A DNA stretch of 64,000 nucleotides from Lachnospiraceae bacterium (GTDB taxonomy: Bacteria; Bacillota; Clostridia; Lachnospirales; Lachnospiraceae): positions 80 to 64,079 of the forward strand of contig JAILAF010000022.1 of the NCBI GenBank assembly GCA_024681775.1. The letters are read 5' to 3'. The notes beneath the pieces were generated by a model. That model searched no databases. It worked only from the letters and a program-made list of their open reading frames with translations, and had not been told where the DNA came from. The stretch's first letter is position 1, and each line of letters starts with the position of its first letter. Both the position numbers and the translations under genes were made by a program. Shown here one piece after another: positions 28,723 to 37,856 of the stretch.

Positions 28723-29600
28723 GAGTCGGGATCCATTATTTTTGTCAGTCGTGCCGCCACTTCGGAGTCCATGACGCCCATAATTTTGCCCCGGTCGTCG
28801 GCGTTCATGGCGGAGAGGATCCGGGCCGCCAGGTTCATGCCTGCGGTATCGGTCATCTCCTCAAAAATGGCAGCCGCCTGCTTGGGCTTCATGGAGACAA
28901 AGGCGTTGACGTAGTCCGTCACCTCCTTCTCCTCCTCCAGCTGGGCAACGACCTGCTTGTAGAGATACTCCGCCGTGGTGGGATCCATGCCTTCGTACCA
29001 CTTTTTGTATTCCTCGGCCCCCGGGCCGTTCTCGGCGTAGATCACTTCCTCGTAGAATTCCGTCCGGATCCGGGAGAATTCCACCTGTTTGTCCTCGAAT
29101 TCCTTCAGGCGCAGGATCTCCGCCTTCAGGTCCTCGATCTCCTGATCCTTGGCGGAATCGTTCACCTGATACTGCTCCAGACGGCGCTCCAGGTCCGCGA
29201 TCTGGGTCACAGCCTCCTGGAGGCTGGAGTAGCCGCCGTAGCTGTCGGGATCGTTGGTGATGGTGGTGCCGGACTTGGGCAGGATGAGGTTGATGACGGG
29301 CACATCCTTCAAAATGGGCGTCAAAACAGAGCTGCCGAAGCCGCCCACATCCAGCTTGACAATGACCACGATGACAGCCAGCCAGAGCACGACGATGAGC
29401 AGGGTGGCGATCATGGTGATAAAGCCGCCGCCTTCCTTGTCCTCGTCCAGCTCCTCTTCCTGCTTTGCGATCTCTTTGGCACGCTTCTTCGCCTCTTTTT
29501 TGGCGTCAGCCTGCTCTTTTTTCAGTTTTTTCTTCTCTTCTTTGAGCCGCTTTTTTTCTTCTTCGGCGGCTTTTTCTTCCGGCGTCAGTTCCTTAGCCAT
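28719..29600 (-). CDS. YlxF/FlbB-like (MotE/MgtE-N domain) flagellar membrane protein
   Basis: Charged N-terminus, one TM, coiled coil, C-terminal MKPKQAAAIFEEM...LSAMNADDRGKIM repeats; between fliJ and fliK. Confidence 0.85.
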   Translation of the reverse strand: MAKELTPEEKAAEEEKKRLKEEKKKLKKEQADAKKEAKKRAKEIAKQEEELDEDKEGGGFITMIATLLIVVLWLAVIVVIVKLDVGGFGSSVLTPILKDVPVINLILPKSGTTITNDPDSYGGYSSLQEAVTQIADLERRLEQYQVNDSAKDQEIEDLKAEILRLKEFEDKQVEFSRIRTEFYEEVIYAENGPGAEEYKKWYEGMDPTTAEYLYKQVVAQLEEEKEVTDYVNAFVSMKPKQAAAIFEEMTDTAGMNLAARILSAMNADDRGKIMGVMDSEVAARLTKIMDPDS

Positions 29601-29601
29601 T

Positions 29602-30048
29602 TTACTTATCCTTCTGTCCGTAGGTGTAGGTGGTGAGCTCGTCGATCACCTTGCTCTCTGCACGGTTTTCTTCCAGCATGTACTCGTCGAAGGCCTTCTC
29701 CCGGAGCTTCTCGTAGATCTTCCGATCCTTGATGGCGTCCTCCAGCGCCTGGCGCATCCGCTCCAGCGCGCTTTCCGCTCTGCGGACGCGGATCATCTGC
29801 GCGGATATGGCCTGCTCGTTCAGCTGCCTTGCCATGTGGTTGTCATTGATATCACGGAAATCCAGGACCCCGCTGCGCAGCTCCACGGCTTCCCGGTCCA
29901 GGGCCGCCTGCTTTTCGTAGAGCAGCCGTAAGGTCTCTTCCTCCTGGTCCAGTGCCTTGCGGGCGTCGGCGAAATTCTGCCTGGCCTGGGTCTCCATCTT
30001 TTCCTTGATCTCCAGGATGTTCTGGAGACGATAGCGAAATCTGGCCAT
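29602..30048 (-). CDS. fliJ: Flagellar export protein FliJ
   Basis: MARFRYRLQNILEIK; C-terminal EKLREK...ESKVIDE. Confidence 0.95.
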   Translation of the reverse strand: MARFRYRLQNILEIKEKMETQARQNFADARKALDQEEETLRLLYEKQAALDREAVELRSGVLDFRDINDNHMARQLNEQAISAQMIRVRRAESALERMRQALEDAIKDRKIYEKLREKAFDEYMLEENRAESKVIDELTTYTYGQKDK

Positions 30049-30061
30049 CCGGGGTCACCCT

Positions 30062-31402
30062 TTAGCCCTTTCCGTCGTCCTCAAAGAGGCCCTCCAGGAG
30101 GCCGACGCTTTCTTCAAAGGTGAATTTGTCATGGGTTTCCTGACAGAGGAAATCATTCACCGCACCAATCTTGGTAATGGCATAGTCGATGCTGGGGTTG
30201 CTGCCGCTCTTGTAGGCGCCGATGTTGATCAGGTCCTCCGCCTCGTTGTAGGTGGCCAGCACCGTTTTCAGGCGGCTGGCAGCCTTCTTGTGATCCTTGG
30301 AGGCGATGGAGCTCATACAACGGGAAATGCTCTGCAGCACATCGATGGCCGGGTAGTGGTTCTTGTGCCCCAGCTTGCGGTCCAGCATGATATGCCCGTC
30401 CAGGATACTTCTGGCGGTATCGGTGATGGGCTCGTTGAAATCGTCGCCGTCCACCAGCACGGTATACAGACCGGTGATGGAGCCTATATCGGACTTCCCG
30501 GCACGCTCCAGGAGCTTGGGCATCTCGGAGTAAACGCTGGGGGGATAGCCTCTGGTCACGGGAGGCTCGCCGCTGGCGAGACCGATCTCACGCTGCGCCA
30601 TGGAAAAACGGGTCAGGGAATCCATCATCAGGAGCACATCCCTGCCCTGATCCCGGAAGTATTCCGCAATGGCAGTGGCGGTCATGGCAGCCTTTTTCCG
30701 CTCCAGGGCCGGGCGGTCGGAAGTCGCCACCACCACGACACTGCGGGCCATACCTTCCTCGCCCAGGTCGCGTTCTATGAATTCACGCACCTCACGGCCA
30801 CGCTCGCCGATGAGGGCTATGACATTGATGTCAGCTTTTGTATTTCGGGCGAACATGCCCATCAGAGTGGATTTTCCCACACCGGAGCCGGCAAAGATTC
30901 CGATACGCTGACCCTTTCCCAGGGTGATGAGTCCGTCCACCGCCTTCACTCCCAGAGGCAGTACCTCGTCGATGATGGCGCGTTTCATGGGATCCGGAGG
31001 AGCAGCGTCCACAGGGCGCATCTCTCCCTCGATGACGGTGCCGTCCGTGGGGACGCCCAGCGCATTCACAGATTTTCCCAGGAGCTGGTCGCTGACCGGG
31101 ATCAGAAGCGGATCGTTCGTATTTTCTACGATGCTGCCCAGACCGATCCCGTCCGTAACACCGTAAGGCATCAGCAGGGTCCTGCGGTCCTTAAAGCCTA
31201 CCACCTCGGCCATGATGGGCTCCGGCGTCTCCGGCCCCTCGGACTTGGGGATGATATGGCACAGATCTCCCAGCTTCGCATCGGGCCCCAGGGACTCGAT
31301 GGTAAGACCTACCACATTCACCACCTTCCCCATTTTCTTGAAGAGGGTGGCATCCAGTACTCTGCTGTATTTGTTCAGATTGATCTCGGGCATCGAAAGC
31401 AT
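30062..31402 (-). CDS. fliI: Flagellar export ATPase FliI
   Basis: GIFAGSGVGKST, LIGERGREV, MDSLTRF, GEPPVTRGYPPS. Confidence 0.98.
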   Translation of the reverse strand: MLSMPEINLNKYSRVLDATLFKKMGKVVNVVGLTIESLGPDAKLGDLCHIIPKSEGPETPEPIMAEVVGFKDRRTLLMPYGVTDGIGLGSIVENTNDPLLIPVSDQLLGKSVNALGVPTDGTVIEGEMRPVDAAPPDPMKRAIIDEVLPLGVKAVDGLITLGKGQRIGIFAGSGVGKSTLMGMFARNTKADINVIALIGERGREVREFIERDLGEEGMARSVVVVATSDRPALERKKAAMTATAIAEYFRDQGRDVLLMMDSLTRFSMAQREIGLASGEPPVTRGYPPSVYSEMPKLLERAGKSDIGSITGLYTVLVDGDDFNEPITDTARSILDGHIMLDRKLGHKNHYPAIDVLQSISRCMSSIASKDHKKAASRLKTVLATYNEAEDLINIGAYKSGSNPSIDYAITKIGAVNDFLCQETHDKFTFEESVGLLEGLFEDDGKG

Positions 31403-31420
31403 GCGGCGTTTCCTTCTTTG

Positions 31421-32329
31421 TTAAGATCTGCTGTAGGACAAAAGGCGGAGCTTGGCGCCGAGCTCTGCGAGCTCCGTATCGATCCCGCAGTCAAAAATGC
31501 CGCCGTCGGTCTCGATCATGCATTCCCCTTCGCCCAGGGCCATATCCTCCACGATCTCCAGGACCGCGCCGGGCATGGAAATGATGTCCGACAGTTCCTG
31601 CTTTCTGGAGGAGACGTAATCGAAGCTGTCCTTCCCCACATGCACAAAGTAACTGCGGCTGTCCTCCACCCGCTCCAGGGTCCGGCCGATGAGGAAGGCC
31701 AGGATCTCCTTGCGGGATTTTAAGTCCACCCGGAAGATATGACTGTAAATGTCGGTGATGGCATCCACCAGCTTGGGCTCCATCTCCGACAGCATGTCGT
31801 TGTATTCCTGCTGCAGGGCCAGTGCTTCCCCCCGCATGCGCTCCATCTGCTGTTCCAGCTCAGCGTTCGCCCGCTGGGATCCTTCCTGATATCCTTGCTC
31901 TCTGCCCGTCTCCACAGCGGAAGCCTTCAGGCTCTCCGCTTCATTCTGCGCATTGGCAGTGATCTGCGCGGCTTCTGCATTGGCCTGTGCCAGGATCTCC
32001 TCCGCACGGGCATTGGCCTGGGCGATGATGGACTCGGCATCTGCAGCAGCCTGGGCGTTTGCCGCCTCCCGCTCCTGCATGAGCCTTGCCAGGGTCTCCT
32101 CGTCCGGTTCCTCTCCCTCCGCAAAGCCTTCCGGTGCGACAAGGGGGATAGCGTCCGGATCGATCTCTTCCGCCATCAGGCCGGAGACAAAGCCGCCGTT
32201 TGATCCGCCGTTCGCTTTTGCGAGGGCCGCCAGATCCTCAATGCGCTTTGCCACCAGTTCATTGGTGTCGATGACCCGCTTTTCCGCGCCTCCGATATTT
32301 ATGTAAGAGGTTTTCAGTAGATTAGACAA
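31421..32329 (-). CDS. fliH: Flagellar assembly protein FliH
   Basis: Probable TTG start (MSNLLK) with a GGAGG RBS inside the end of fliG; GxxxG repeats GREQGYQEG; C-terminal IETDGGIFDCGI. Confidence 0.9.
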   Translation of the reverse strand: MSNLLKTSYINIGGAEKRVIDTNELVAKRIEDLAALAKANGGSNGGFVSGLMAEEIDPDAIPLVAPEGFAEGEEPDEETLARLMQEREAANAQAAADAESIIAQANARAEEILAQANAEAAQITANAQNEAESLKASAVETGREQGYQEGSQRANAELEQQMERMRGEALALQQEYNDMLSEMEPKLVDAITDIYSHIFRVDLKSRKEILAFLIGRTLERVEDSRSYFVHVGKDSFDYVSSRKQELSDIISMPGAVLEIVEDMALGEGECMIETDGGIFDCGIDTELAELGAKLRLLSYSRS

Positions 32330-33347
32330 TGATCTCGTCTCCTCCGCCTCTGGAAATAACGATCTCGCCCGCATCCTCCAGTCTTCGGATGATGTTGACG
32401 ATCTTCTGCTGTGCTTCCTCCACGTCCTTCATACGGACAGGTCCCATGAAGTCCATGTCCTCCTTGATCATGACAGCCAGACGCTTGGAAAGGTTGCCAA
32501 AGATCGCATTCTGCACCTGCTCGTTGGCACCCTTGAGGGCGATGCCAAGGTCGGAATTGTCCACCTCACGCAGCACACGCTGGATCGCGCGGTCGTCCAG
32601 GAGCAGCACGTCCTCGAAGACGAACATCTTCTTGCGGATCTCGTCTGCCAGCTCGGGCTCTTCGATCTCCAGAGATTCCATGATATGTTTCTCGGTACCG
32701 CGGTCCACGGAGTTGAGGATCTCCACCACGGAGTCCACGCCACCGATGATGGTGTAGTCCTGATTGACCAGGCTGGCCAGCTTGGATTCCAGCACGCGCT
32801 CCACCTCCTTGATGACGTCGGGGCTGGTTCTGTCCATGACGGCGATTCTGCGCGCCACGTCCGCCTGTCTGTCGGGAGGCAGACTGGAAATGATCTGGGC
32901 CGCCTGCTGGGGCGCCAGATAGGAAAGGATCAGGGCGATTGTCTGAGGATGCTCGTCCTGAATGAAGTTGATGAGCTGGGAAGCGTCGGTCTTGCGGACG
33001 AACTCGAAAGGCTTGACCTGCAGGGATGCAGTGAGTCTGCCGATGACATCCAGCGCCTTCTCACTGCCCAGGGACTTCTCCAGCAGCTCTCTGGCGTAGC
33101 CGATACCGCCTTCCGCGATGTATTGCTGTGCCAGACAGACTTCGTAGAATTCATTGATGACCGCTTCTTTGACCTGGGGAGTGACGCTGCGGGTATTGGC
33201 AATCTCCAGGGTGAGGGTCTCGATCTCCTCCTCCTTCAGATGCTTAAAGATCCCGGCAGAGCGCTCCGGTCCCAGAACTATGAGCAATATGGCGGCTTTC
33301 TGTACGCCGTTGATCTCCATCTCGGAAGCTGATCCACCTCTGGCCAT
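32322..33347 (-). CDS. fliG: Flagellar motor switch protein FliG
   Basis: KAAILL, PFEF, EHPQTIALIL, GGVDSV, MFVFED, LGIALKG. Confidence 0.98.
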   Translation of the reverse strand: MARGGSASEMEINGVQKAAILLIVLGPERSAGIFKHLKEEEIETLTLEIANTRSVTPQVKEAVINEFYEVCLAQQYIAEGGIGYARELLEKSLGSEKALDVIGRLTASLQVKPFEFVRKTDASQLINFIQDEHPQTIALILSYLAPQQAAQIISSLPPDRQADVARRIAVMDRTSPDVIKEVERVLESKLASLVNQDYTIIGGVDSVVEILNSVDRGTEKHIMESLEIEEPELADEIRKKMFVFEDVLLLDDRAIQRVLREVDNSDLGIALKGANEQVQNAIFGNLSKRLAVMIKEDMDFMGPVRMKDVEEAQQKIVNIIRRLEDAGEIVISRGGGDEIIV

Positions 33348-33385
33348 GTTCCGTTTCTCCTTCTCACGCTTTGTCTACGTTACGA

Positions 33386-34987
33386 TCAGCCCCACTCGTC
33401 GGCCAGCCAGTTCCGCAGGAGGATGGCTGCAGCTTCGGGGTTCTCGTCCACGAATTTCTCGATCATCTTTCTGGTCTCGGACTTGGTCTCCACATCGATA
33501 TCCTCGATGGTAGGCTCGGGGTTGGACTGGAGCAGATCCTCCACGGAGATCTCCTCCGGCTCCTCCTGGGGCTTCTTGCCGGGGAGCATGTTCCGGAGCA
33601 CCACAAATGCCAGCAGGCCCAGGATCAGCAGGAAGAGCAGGGCGCTTAAGACCGTGGTCCAGCTGATGGCAAGGCCTTCCTTGTCGTAGAAAATGGGGGC
33701 TTCGTAAGCGATGATGGAAATATTGGCTGCCGGGAAGCCGCTGGCGTTGGCCACGGCCACCACCAGATCGTCCGTCACGGTCTGCCGCACCATATCGGAA
33801 TTGTTCAGCTTATACTCTTCCCAGGTGATGCCGTCCAGGAGTCCCTGGAGCTCCACGTCCTCCTGATGGACCGCCTTGTAGGAAATGGCGGCGATGGACA
33901 GGGAAGAATTGTTGTAATTGATGCTGCCTGCGGGAGTCACCTTATACTCGGCACTCTCGTTGGGCGCGTAATCGGTCTCCGTCTCGGTGACGGCGGAGGA
34001 GGAGTTGTCGTAATCACTGGTGACGTAGGTGGTGCCTTCCCCGTTGGAATCGGTGCCGGGGATGCCGCCCACGCCGCTCTCGTTCTCGGACTCGTAGTTC
34101 TCGTTATGGATGATCATACCCTCGGTACGGCCTTCGGGAGCGGAGTATTCCTTGACGGTCTTCTCGTAGTTGGAATAGTCCATGTCCAGATGGCTGGACA
34201 CTTCCACATTGTCGTACTGGTGGGTGCCGATCATGAAGCTCTTGATGGTATTGGCCACCTGGCACTCGGCCTGGGTCTGGAGCTCCAGCATGGAGCTTGC
34301 GATGCCGGCGGTGGAGTACTCATCTCCGCCTGCAAAGAGGAGCTCTGCGTTGTTGTCGACGATGGTGATCTTCGCCGTGGTGTCATTGCCCAGGGCGGTA
34401 GCGACGCATCTGGCCACATAGGCTGCATTGGAAGAGGTGAAGTACCCGTTGGTCTCCAGCTGCACATAGGCGCCGGCTTCCTCCTCCTGTGCGATGAGGG
34501 TGCCGTTTTGCTCGGGGATGGAAAGGGTAATCTTCGCACTCTTGATGGAATCGATGTTCTCCAGCATGCCCTCGATCCTGGACTCCAGGTAGAGCTGCTT
34601 CCGGAAGGCCCGCTCACTGGCGGTGGTGGACAGGGAGGATGCCAGGGCATCGTCCACGGTGAACTCATCCGCGACATAGCCGTCTGCGGCCAGTGCCAGC
34701 TCCGCCTTGGAAAGGGAGCCGGTCTCCACATCGATCTTCAGAGCGTCGGTGGAGATCTGGTAAGGGATGCCGTTGCTTTCCAGGATCTGCACCACCTGAT
34801 TGGACTGGGTGGTATTCTCGCAGGTCATGAGTCTGGTGTAACGGGGTCTGGAGACCACGTACACGATGACACCGAAAACAATGATGGTGAAGATCGTAAG
34901 GCCGATGATGATCCCCTTCTGCCTTCCGGTGAACTTCCCCCACCATTCCCTGATTCGATTGAGGATGTTTTGGATTTGTTCTGGCAT
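33386..34987 (-). CDS. fliF: Flagellar M-ring protein FliF
   Basis: Two TM segments flanking a large extracytoplasmic region; C-terminal ENPEAAAILLRNWL; between fliE and fliG. Confidence 0.93.
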   Translation of the reverse strand: MPEQIQNILNRIREWWGKFTGRQKGIIIGLTIFTIIVFGVIVYVVSRPRYTRLMTCENTTQSNQVVQILESNGIPYQISTDALKIDVETGSLSKAELALAADGYVADEFTVDDALASSLSTTASERAFRKQLYLESRIEGMLENIDSIKSAKITLSIPEQNGTLIAQEEEAGAYVQLETNGYFTSSNAAYVARCVATALGNDTTAKITIVDNNAELLFAGGDEYSTAGIASSMLELQTQAECQVANTIKSFMIGTHQYDNVEVSSHLDMDYSNYEKTVKEYSAPEGRTEGMIIHNENYESENESGVGGIPGTDSNGEGTTYVTSDYDNSSSAVTETETDYAPNESAEYKVTPAGSINYNNSSLSIAAISYKAVHQEDVELQGLLDGITWEEYKLNNSDMVRQTVTDDLVVAVANASGFPAANISIIAYEAPIFYDKEGLAISWTTVLSALLFLLILGLLAFVVLRNMLPGKKPQEEPEEISVEDLLQSNPEPTIEDIDVETKSETRKMIEKFVDENPEAAAILLRNWLADEWG

Positions 34988-35035
34988 GGTCCCTTCCCCT
35001 GCGTTTCGAAATATTTTACTCAGTTCCTAAAGTAT

Positions 35036-35443
35036 GAAAGACCACAGCTTGCTCAGGGCATGAAACATACATCGCGATTTAGCAAATGAGCGATTATGTT
35101 TTATGCACGGAGCAAGCGACACTAAGTTCAGAGTCTGCTTATGTCCATTCAGCTCATTTTCTAAACACGAAAGTCCGCAGCTTGCTTTGGGCATGAAACA
35201 CACATCGCGATTTAGCAAATGAGCGATTATGTTTTATGCACAGAGCAAGCGACACTAAGTTCAGAGTCCGCTTATGTCCATTCAGCTCATTTTCTAAACA
35301 CGAAAGCCCGCAGCTTGCTTTGGGCATGAAACATGCATCGCGATTTAGCAAATGAGCGATCATGTTTTATGCACGGAGCAAGCAACACTAAGTTCAGAAT
35401 CCGCTCAGTTCAAAAATGCAAAACGCTCATTTGCTAAATCGCG
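35036..35443. repeat. 133-bp tandem repeat (about 2.8 copies) with long internal hairpins and a terminal inverted copy of its 20-bp core
   Basis: Copies 35036-35168, 35169-35301, 35302-35405. Core cgcgatttagcaaatgagcg at 35073, 35206 and 35339; its reverse complement at 35424-35443. Confidence 0.97.
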
Positions 35444-35474
35444 TTTTACATTTATGAACTTCGCTGTGCTCAAC

Positions 35475-35810
35475 TTAGATCTGAATCTGCATTAACTCTT
35501 TATATGCCTCCAGCAATTTGTCGCGGATGGCCACGGTGTACTGCAGCGCGGTGGATGCTTTCTCCAGCGCGACGGTCAGGTCGTGGGTGCTGTCGGATTC
35601 GCCCAGGGCAAAGAGGATCTCCTGGTTCTCCGCATCGGACAGATAGGCATTGGTGGTCTGGATGTTGTCCAGGGCCGTGTTCAGGAAGGACTCGAACATA
35701 GTGCCCTCGGCCTTGGAGGAGTCGGCTCCCAGCCCGCGGACCACGCCGTTTGCGGAGGTTTTGTACAGGTCGGTCACGCCCTGCAGTTCTTTTAACAATG
35801 AGACGTCCAT
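35475..35810 (-). CDS. fliE: Hook-basal body protein FliE
   Basis: THDLTVALEKASTALQYTVAIRDKLLEAYKELMQIQI. Confidence 0.95.
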   Translation of the reverse strand: MDVSLLKELQGVTDLYKTSANGVVRGLGADSSKAEGTMFESFLNTALDNIQTTNAYLSDAENQEILFALGESDSTHDLTVALEKASTALQYTVAIRDKLLEAYKELMQIQI

Positions 35811-35853
35811 AGATTATTCCTTTCCCTTCGGATCGATGCCGTTAAGCGGCGGC

Positions 35854-36306
35854 TCAGCTGTTGCCCATGTTCAGACCGCGCTGTGCGATGGACTTGCTGG
35901 CGTTGAAGGCGGTTGCGTTGGCCTCGTACGCACGGCTGGCATCGATGAGGTTGGTCATCTCGGTGATGATGTTGACATTGGGATAGGTCACATAGCCGTT
36001 CTCATCCGCATCCGGATTGGAGGGATCGTAGACCATGTTCATTTCGGTGGCCTTGTCCTCGAAGACTCCCGCCACTTTCACGCCCTTGCCGGCGTAATTC
36101 TTGGTGACGGTGCCCAGCACGGAGCTGAAGGAATCCGCACCGCGGACGCCCTTTTCTTCAAAAACCACCACCTTGCGGCGGTAGGGTGACCCGTCCTGGG
36201 TCCTGGTGGAATTGGCATTCGCCACGTTTTCAGAGATCACATCCATGCGATATCTCTGGGCAGTCAGGCCGGAGGCACTGATGTCAAAAGATGTAAAAAT
36301 TCCCAT
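35854..36306 (-). CDS. flgC: Basal body rod protein FlgC
   Basis: SASGLTAQRYRMDVISENVANA, PYRRK, YPNVN, EMTNLIDASRAYEAN. Confidence 0.98.
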   Translation of the reverse strand: MGIFTSFDISASGLTAQRYRMDVISENVANANSTRTQDGSPYRRKVVVFEEKGVRGADSFSSVLGTVTKNYAGKGVKVAGVFEDKATEMNMVYDPSNPDADENGYVTYPNVNIITEMTNLIDASRAYEANATAFNASKSIAQRGLNMGNS

Positions 36307-36327
36307 AGCGTTTCTCCTTCGATCCCG

Positions 36328-36717
36328 TTACTTCATAACGGACTGCAGATTCTGGAACTCCTGGCTGATGCTGTTCAGCAGTCCCTGGTATTTGAGCTGG
36401 TTCTGTGCCAGATACACGTTCTCGTTCTCGATATCCACGTTGTTGCCATCGGTGCGGTAGGAAAATCCGCCGTAGTCAACGTAGGCTCCCACCTGAAGCC
36501 GGCGGAGGTTTACCTTGGAAACCTTCTCATCCATGGAAACGAACCGGGCGGAGCCCAGCTCTTTGGAGAGAACGGATTCAAAGTCCACATCCTGGCGCTT
36601 GTAGCCGGGAGTGTCCACATTGGCAACATTGTTTGCGATGCACTCATTTCTCAGCCAGGAAGCGTCTGCAGCCCTGGTGAGGACATTGATGTAATCAAAA
36701 GCACCTGTGTTGATCAT
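36328..36717 (-). CDS. flgB: Basal body rod protein FlgB
   Basis: Start MINTGAF (36717); IANNVANVDTPGYKRQDV, RTDGNNVDIE. Confidence 0.97.
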   Translation of the reverse strand: MINTGAFDYINVLTRAADASWLRNECIANNVANVDTPGYKRQDVDFESVLSKELGSARFVSMDEKVSKVNLRRLQVGAYVDYGGFSYRTDGNNVDIENENVYLAQNQLKYQGLLNSISQEFQNLQSVMK

Positions 36718-36764
36718 ATTACCGCCTTTCCGGATCTGCATAGTCTCCCACGCATACATCCTTA

Positions 36765-36792
36765 ATTATACTTATAAATCACCAAAATACAA
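36765..36792 (-). promoter_or_regulatory. Putative sigma-A promoter of the flgB operon
   Basis: Minus strand TTGTAT-N16-TATAAT. Confidence 0.55.
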
Positions 36793-36820
36793 TACCCCTA
36801 GTAGGTATATAACAGGTGAT

Positions 36821-36836
36821 ATACTATATCTTGTGG
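36821..36836. promoter_or_regulatory. NrdR-box-like palindrome upstream of flgB
   Basis: ataCtAtATcTtGtgg matches 13/16 of acaCwAtATaTwGtgt, including all core positions. Confidence 0.4.
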
Positions 36837-36900
36837 TCTTTCGAAAAATTTAAGAAAACCTTTCTGCATGTTTCACAATGGAAACCCGGAGCATTTTGGG

Positions 36901-36948
36901 AAAAATAAAAAGGATCTACTTTCGCTTTCGCTTCCGTAAATCCTTTTT
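36901..36948 (-). terminator. codY terminator hairpin with a GCGAAAGC-containing loop
   Basis: Minus strand aaaaaggatttac-ggaagcgaaagcgaaa-gtagatcctttttattttt. Confidence 0.75.
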
Positions 36949-36984
36949 CGCAGGGCGCCTGCCCTTCAAATCCGTTTTATTTTG

Positions 36985-37773
36985 TTACTTCAGGTTCTGC
37001 TGTCTCTTCAGCTCCTCGATCTCGGAGAAGACCACATCGTTCAGAACCTTGATGTAAGTGCCCTTCATGCCGGAGGACCGGGACTCGATGACGCCCGCAC
37101 TCTCGAACTTCCGCAGGGCGTTCACGATGACCGAGCGGGTGATCCCCACGCGATCCGCGATCTTGCTTGCGACCAGCACACCCTCCATGCCGTCCAGCTC
37201 GTCGAAGATGTGGACGATGGCCTCCATCTCCGAGAAGGAAAGGGTAGAGATGGCGGATTTTACCACCGCGATCTTGCGGCTCTCTTCCGCACTCTCCTCA
37301 CTGACGGCTCTCAGCATTTCCAGACCCACCACGGTGGTCCCGTACTCGCAGAGGATGATGTCGTCGATGTCATACTGCTCGTCCACCTTGTAGATGAAGA
37401 GGGTCCCAAGCCGCTCCCCGGCGATCTCGATGGGAGTGATGATGGCCCGGAAATGGTCGGTATCGGTCTTCTCGAATCCCAGGGTCCCCAGGTTCACATT
37501 TTCCTTCGTGGAAAGAATCCCCAGGAGCCGTTCGTTGAGCATGGGATCAATGAACCCGCCCACCTTCTGGTCCAGCAGCTCCGTGATGGGAGGAACGCCC
37601 TCCAGGAATCCCACTCCCAGGACCTTGCCTTTGCGGCTGATCACCAGAACATTGGACCCCAGGATGTCCCGCATCACCTTGCAGATGTCATTGAACACCA
37701 CCTTGCTGGAATTGTTGTTATGTAAGAGTTTGCCGATCTTTCTGGTCTTATCCAGAAGCTGTACACTGCTCAT
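36985..37773 (-). CDS. codY: GTP/BCAA-sensing global regulator CodY
   Basis: LLDKTRKI, GERLGTL, AISTLSFSE, wHTH ASKIADRVGITRSVIVNALRKFESAGVIESRSSGMKGTYIK. Confidence 0.98.
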   Translation of the reverse strand: MSSVQLLDKTRKIGKLLHNNNSSKVVFNDICKVMRDILGSNVLVISRKGKVLGVGFLEGVPPITELLDQKVGGFIDPMLNERLLGILSTKENVNLGTLGFEKTDTDHFRAIITPIEIAGERLGTLFIYKVDEQYDIDDIILCEYGTTVVGLEMLRAVSEESAEESRKIAVVKSAISTLSFSEMEAIVHIFDELDGMEGVLVASKIADRVGITRSVIVNALRKFESAGVIESRSSGMKGTYIKVLNDVVFSEIEELKRQQNLK

Positions 37774-37808
37774 AGTACCTCCCCGGTCATTCCGTCACAC
37801 CCAGGAAG

Positions 37809-37837
37809 AGTATAGCATAGAAAAATACAGCAATCAA
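37809..37837 (-). promoter_or_regulatory. Sigma-A promoter of codY
   Basis: TTGATT-N17-TATACT with an extended TGn motif. Confidence 0.75.
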
Positions 37838-37841
37838 TTAA

Positions 37842-37856
37842 AATTGACTGAAAATT
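37842..37856. promoter_or_regulatory. CodY box upstream of codY
   Basis: aattgactgaaaatt, 13/15 to AATTTTCWGAAAATT, 4 bp from the -35. Confidence 0.6.

Noticed and set aside
35036-35405. CRISPR array with 20-bp repeats
   Set aside because: The whole 133-bp unit repeats; there are no variable spacers.
36718-36984. c-di-GMP riboswitch or invertible flagellar switch upstream of flgB, as in C. difficile
   Set aside because: No aptamer motifs and no flanking inverted repeat pair found; the leader after the putative promoter is short.
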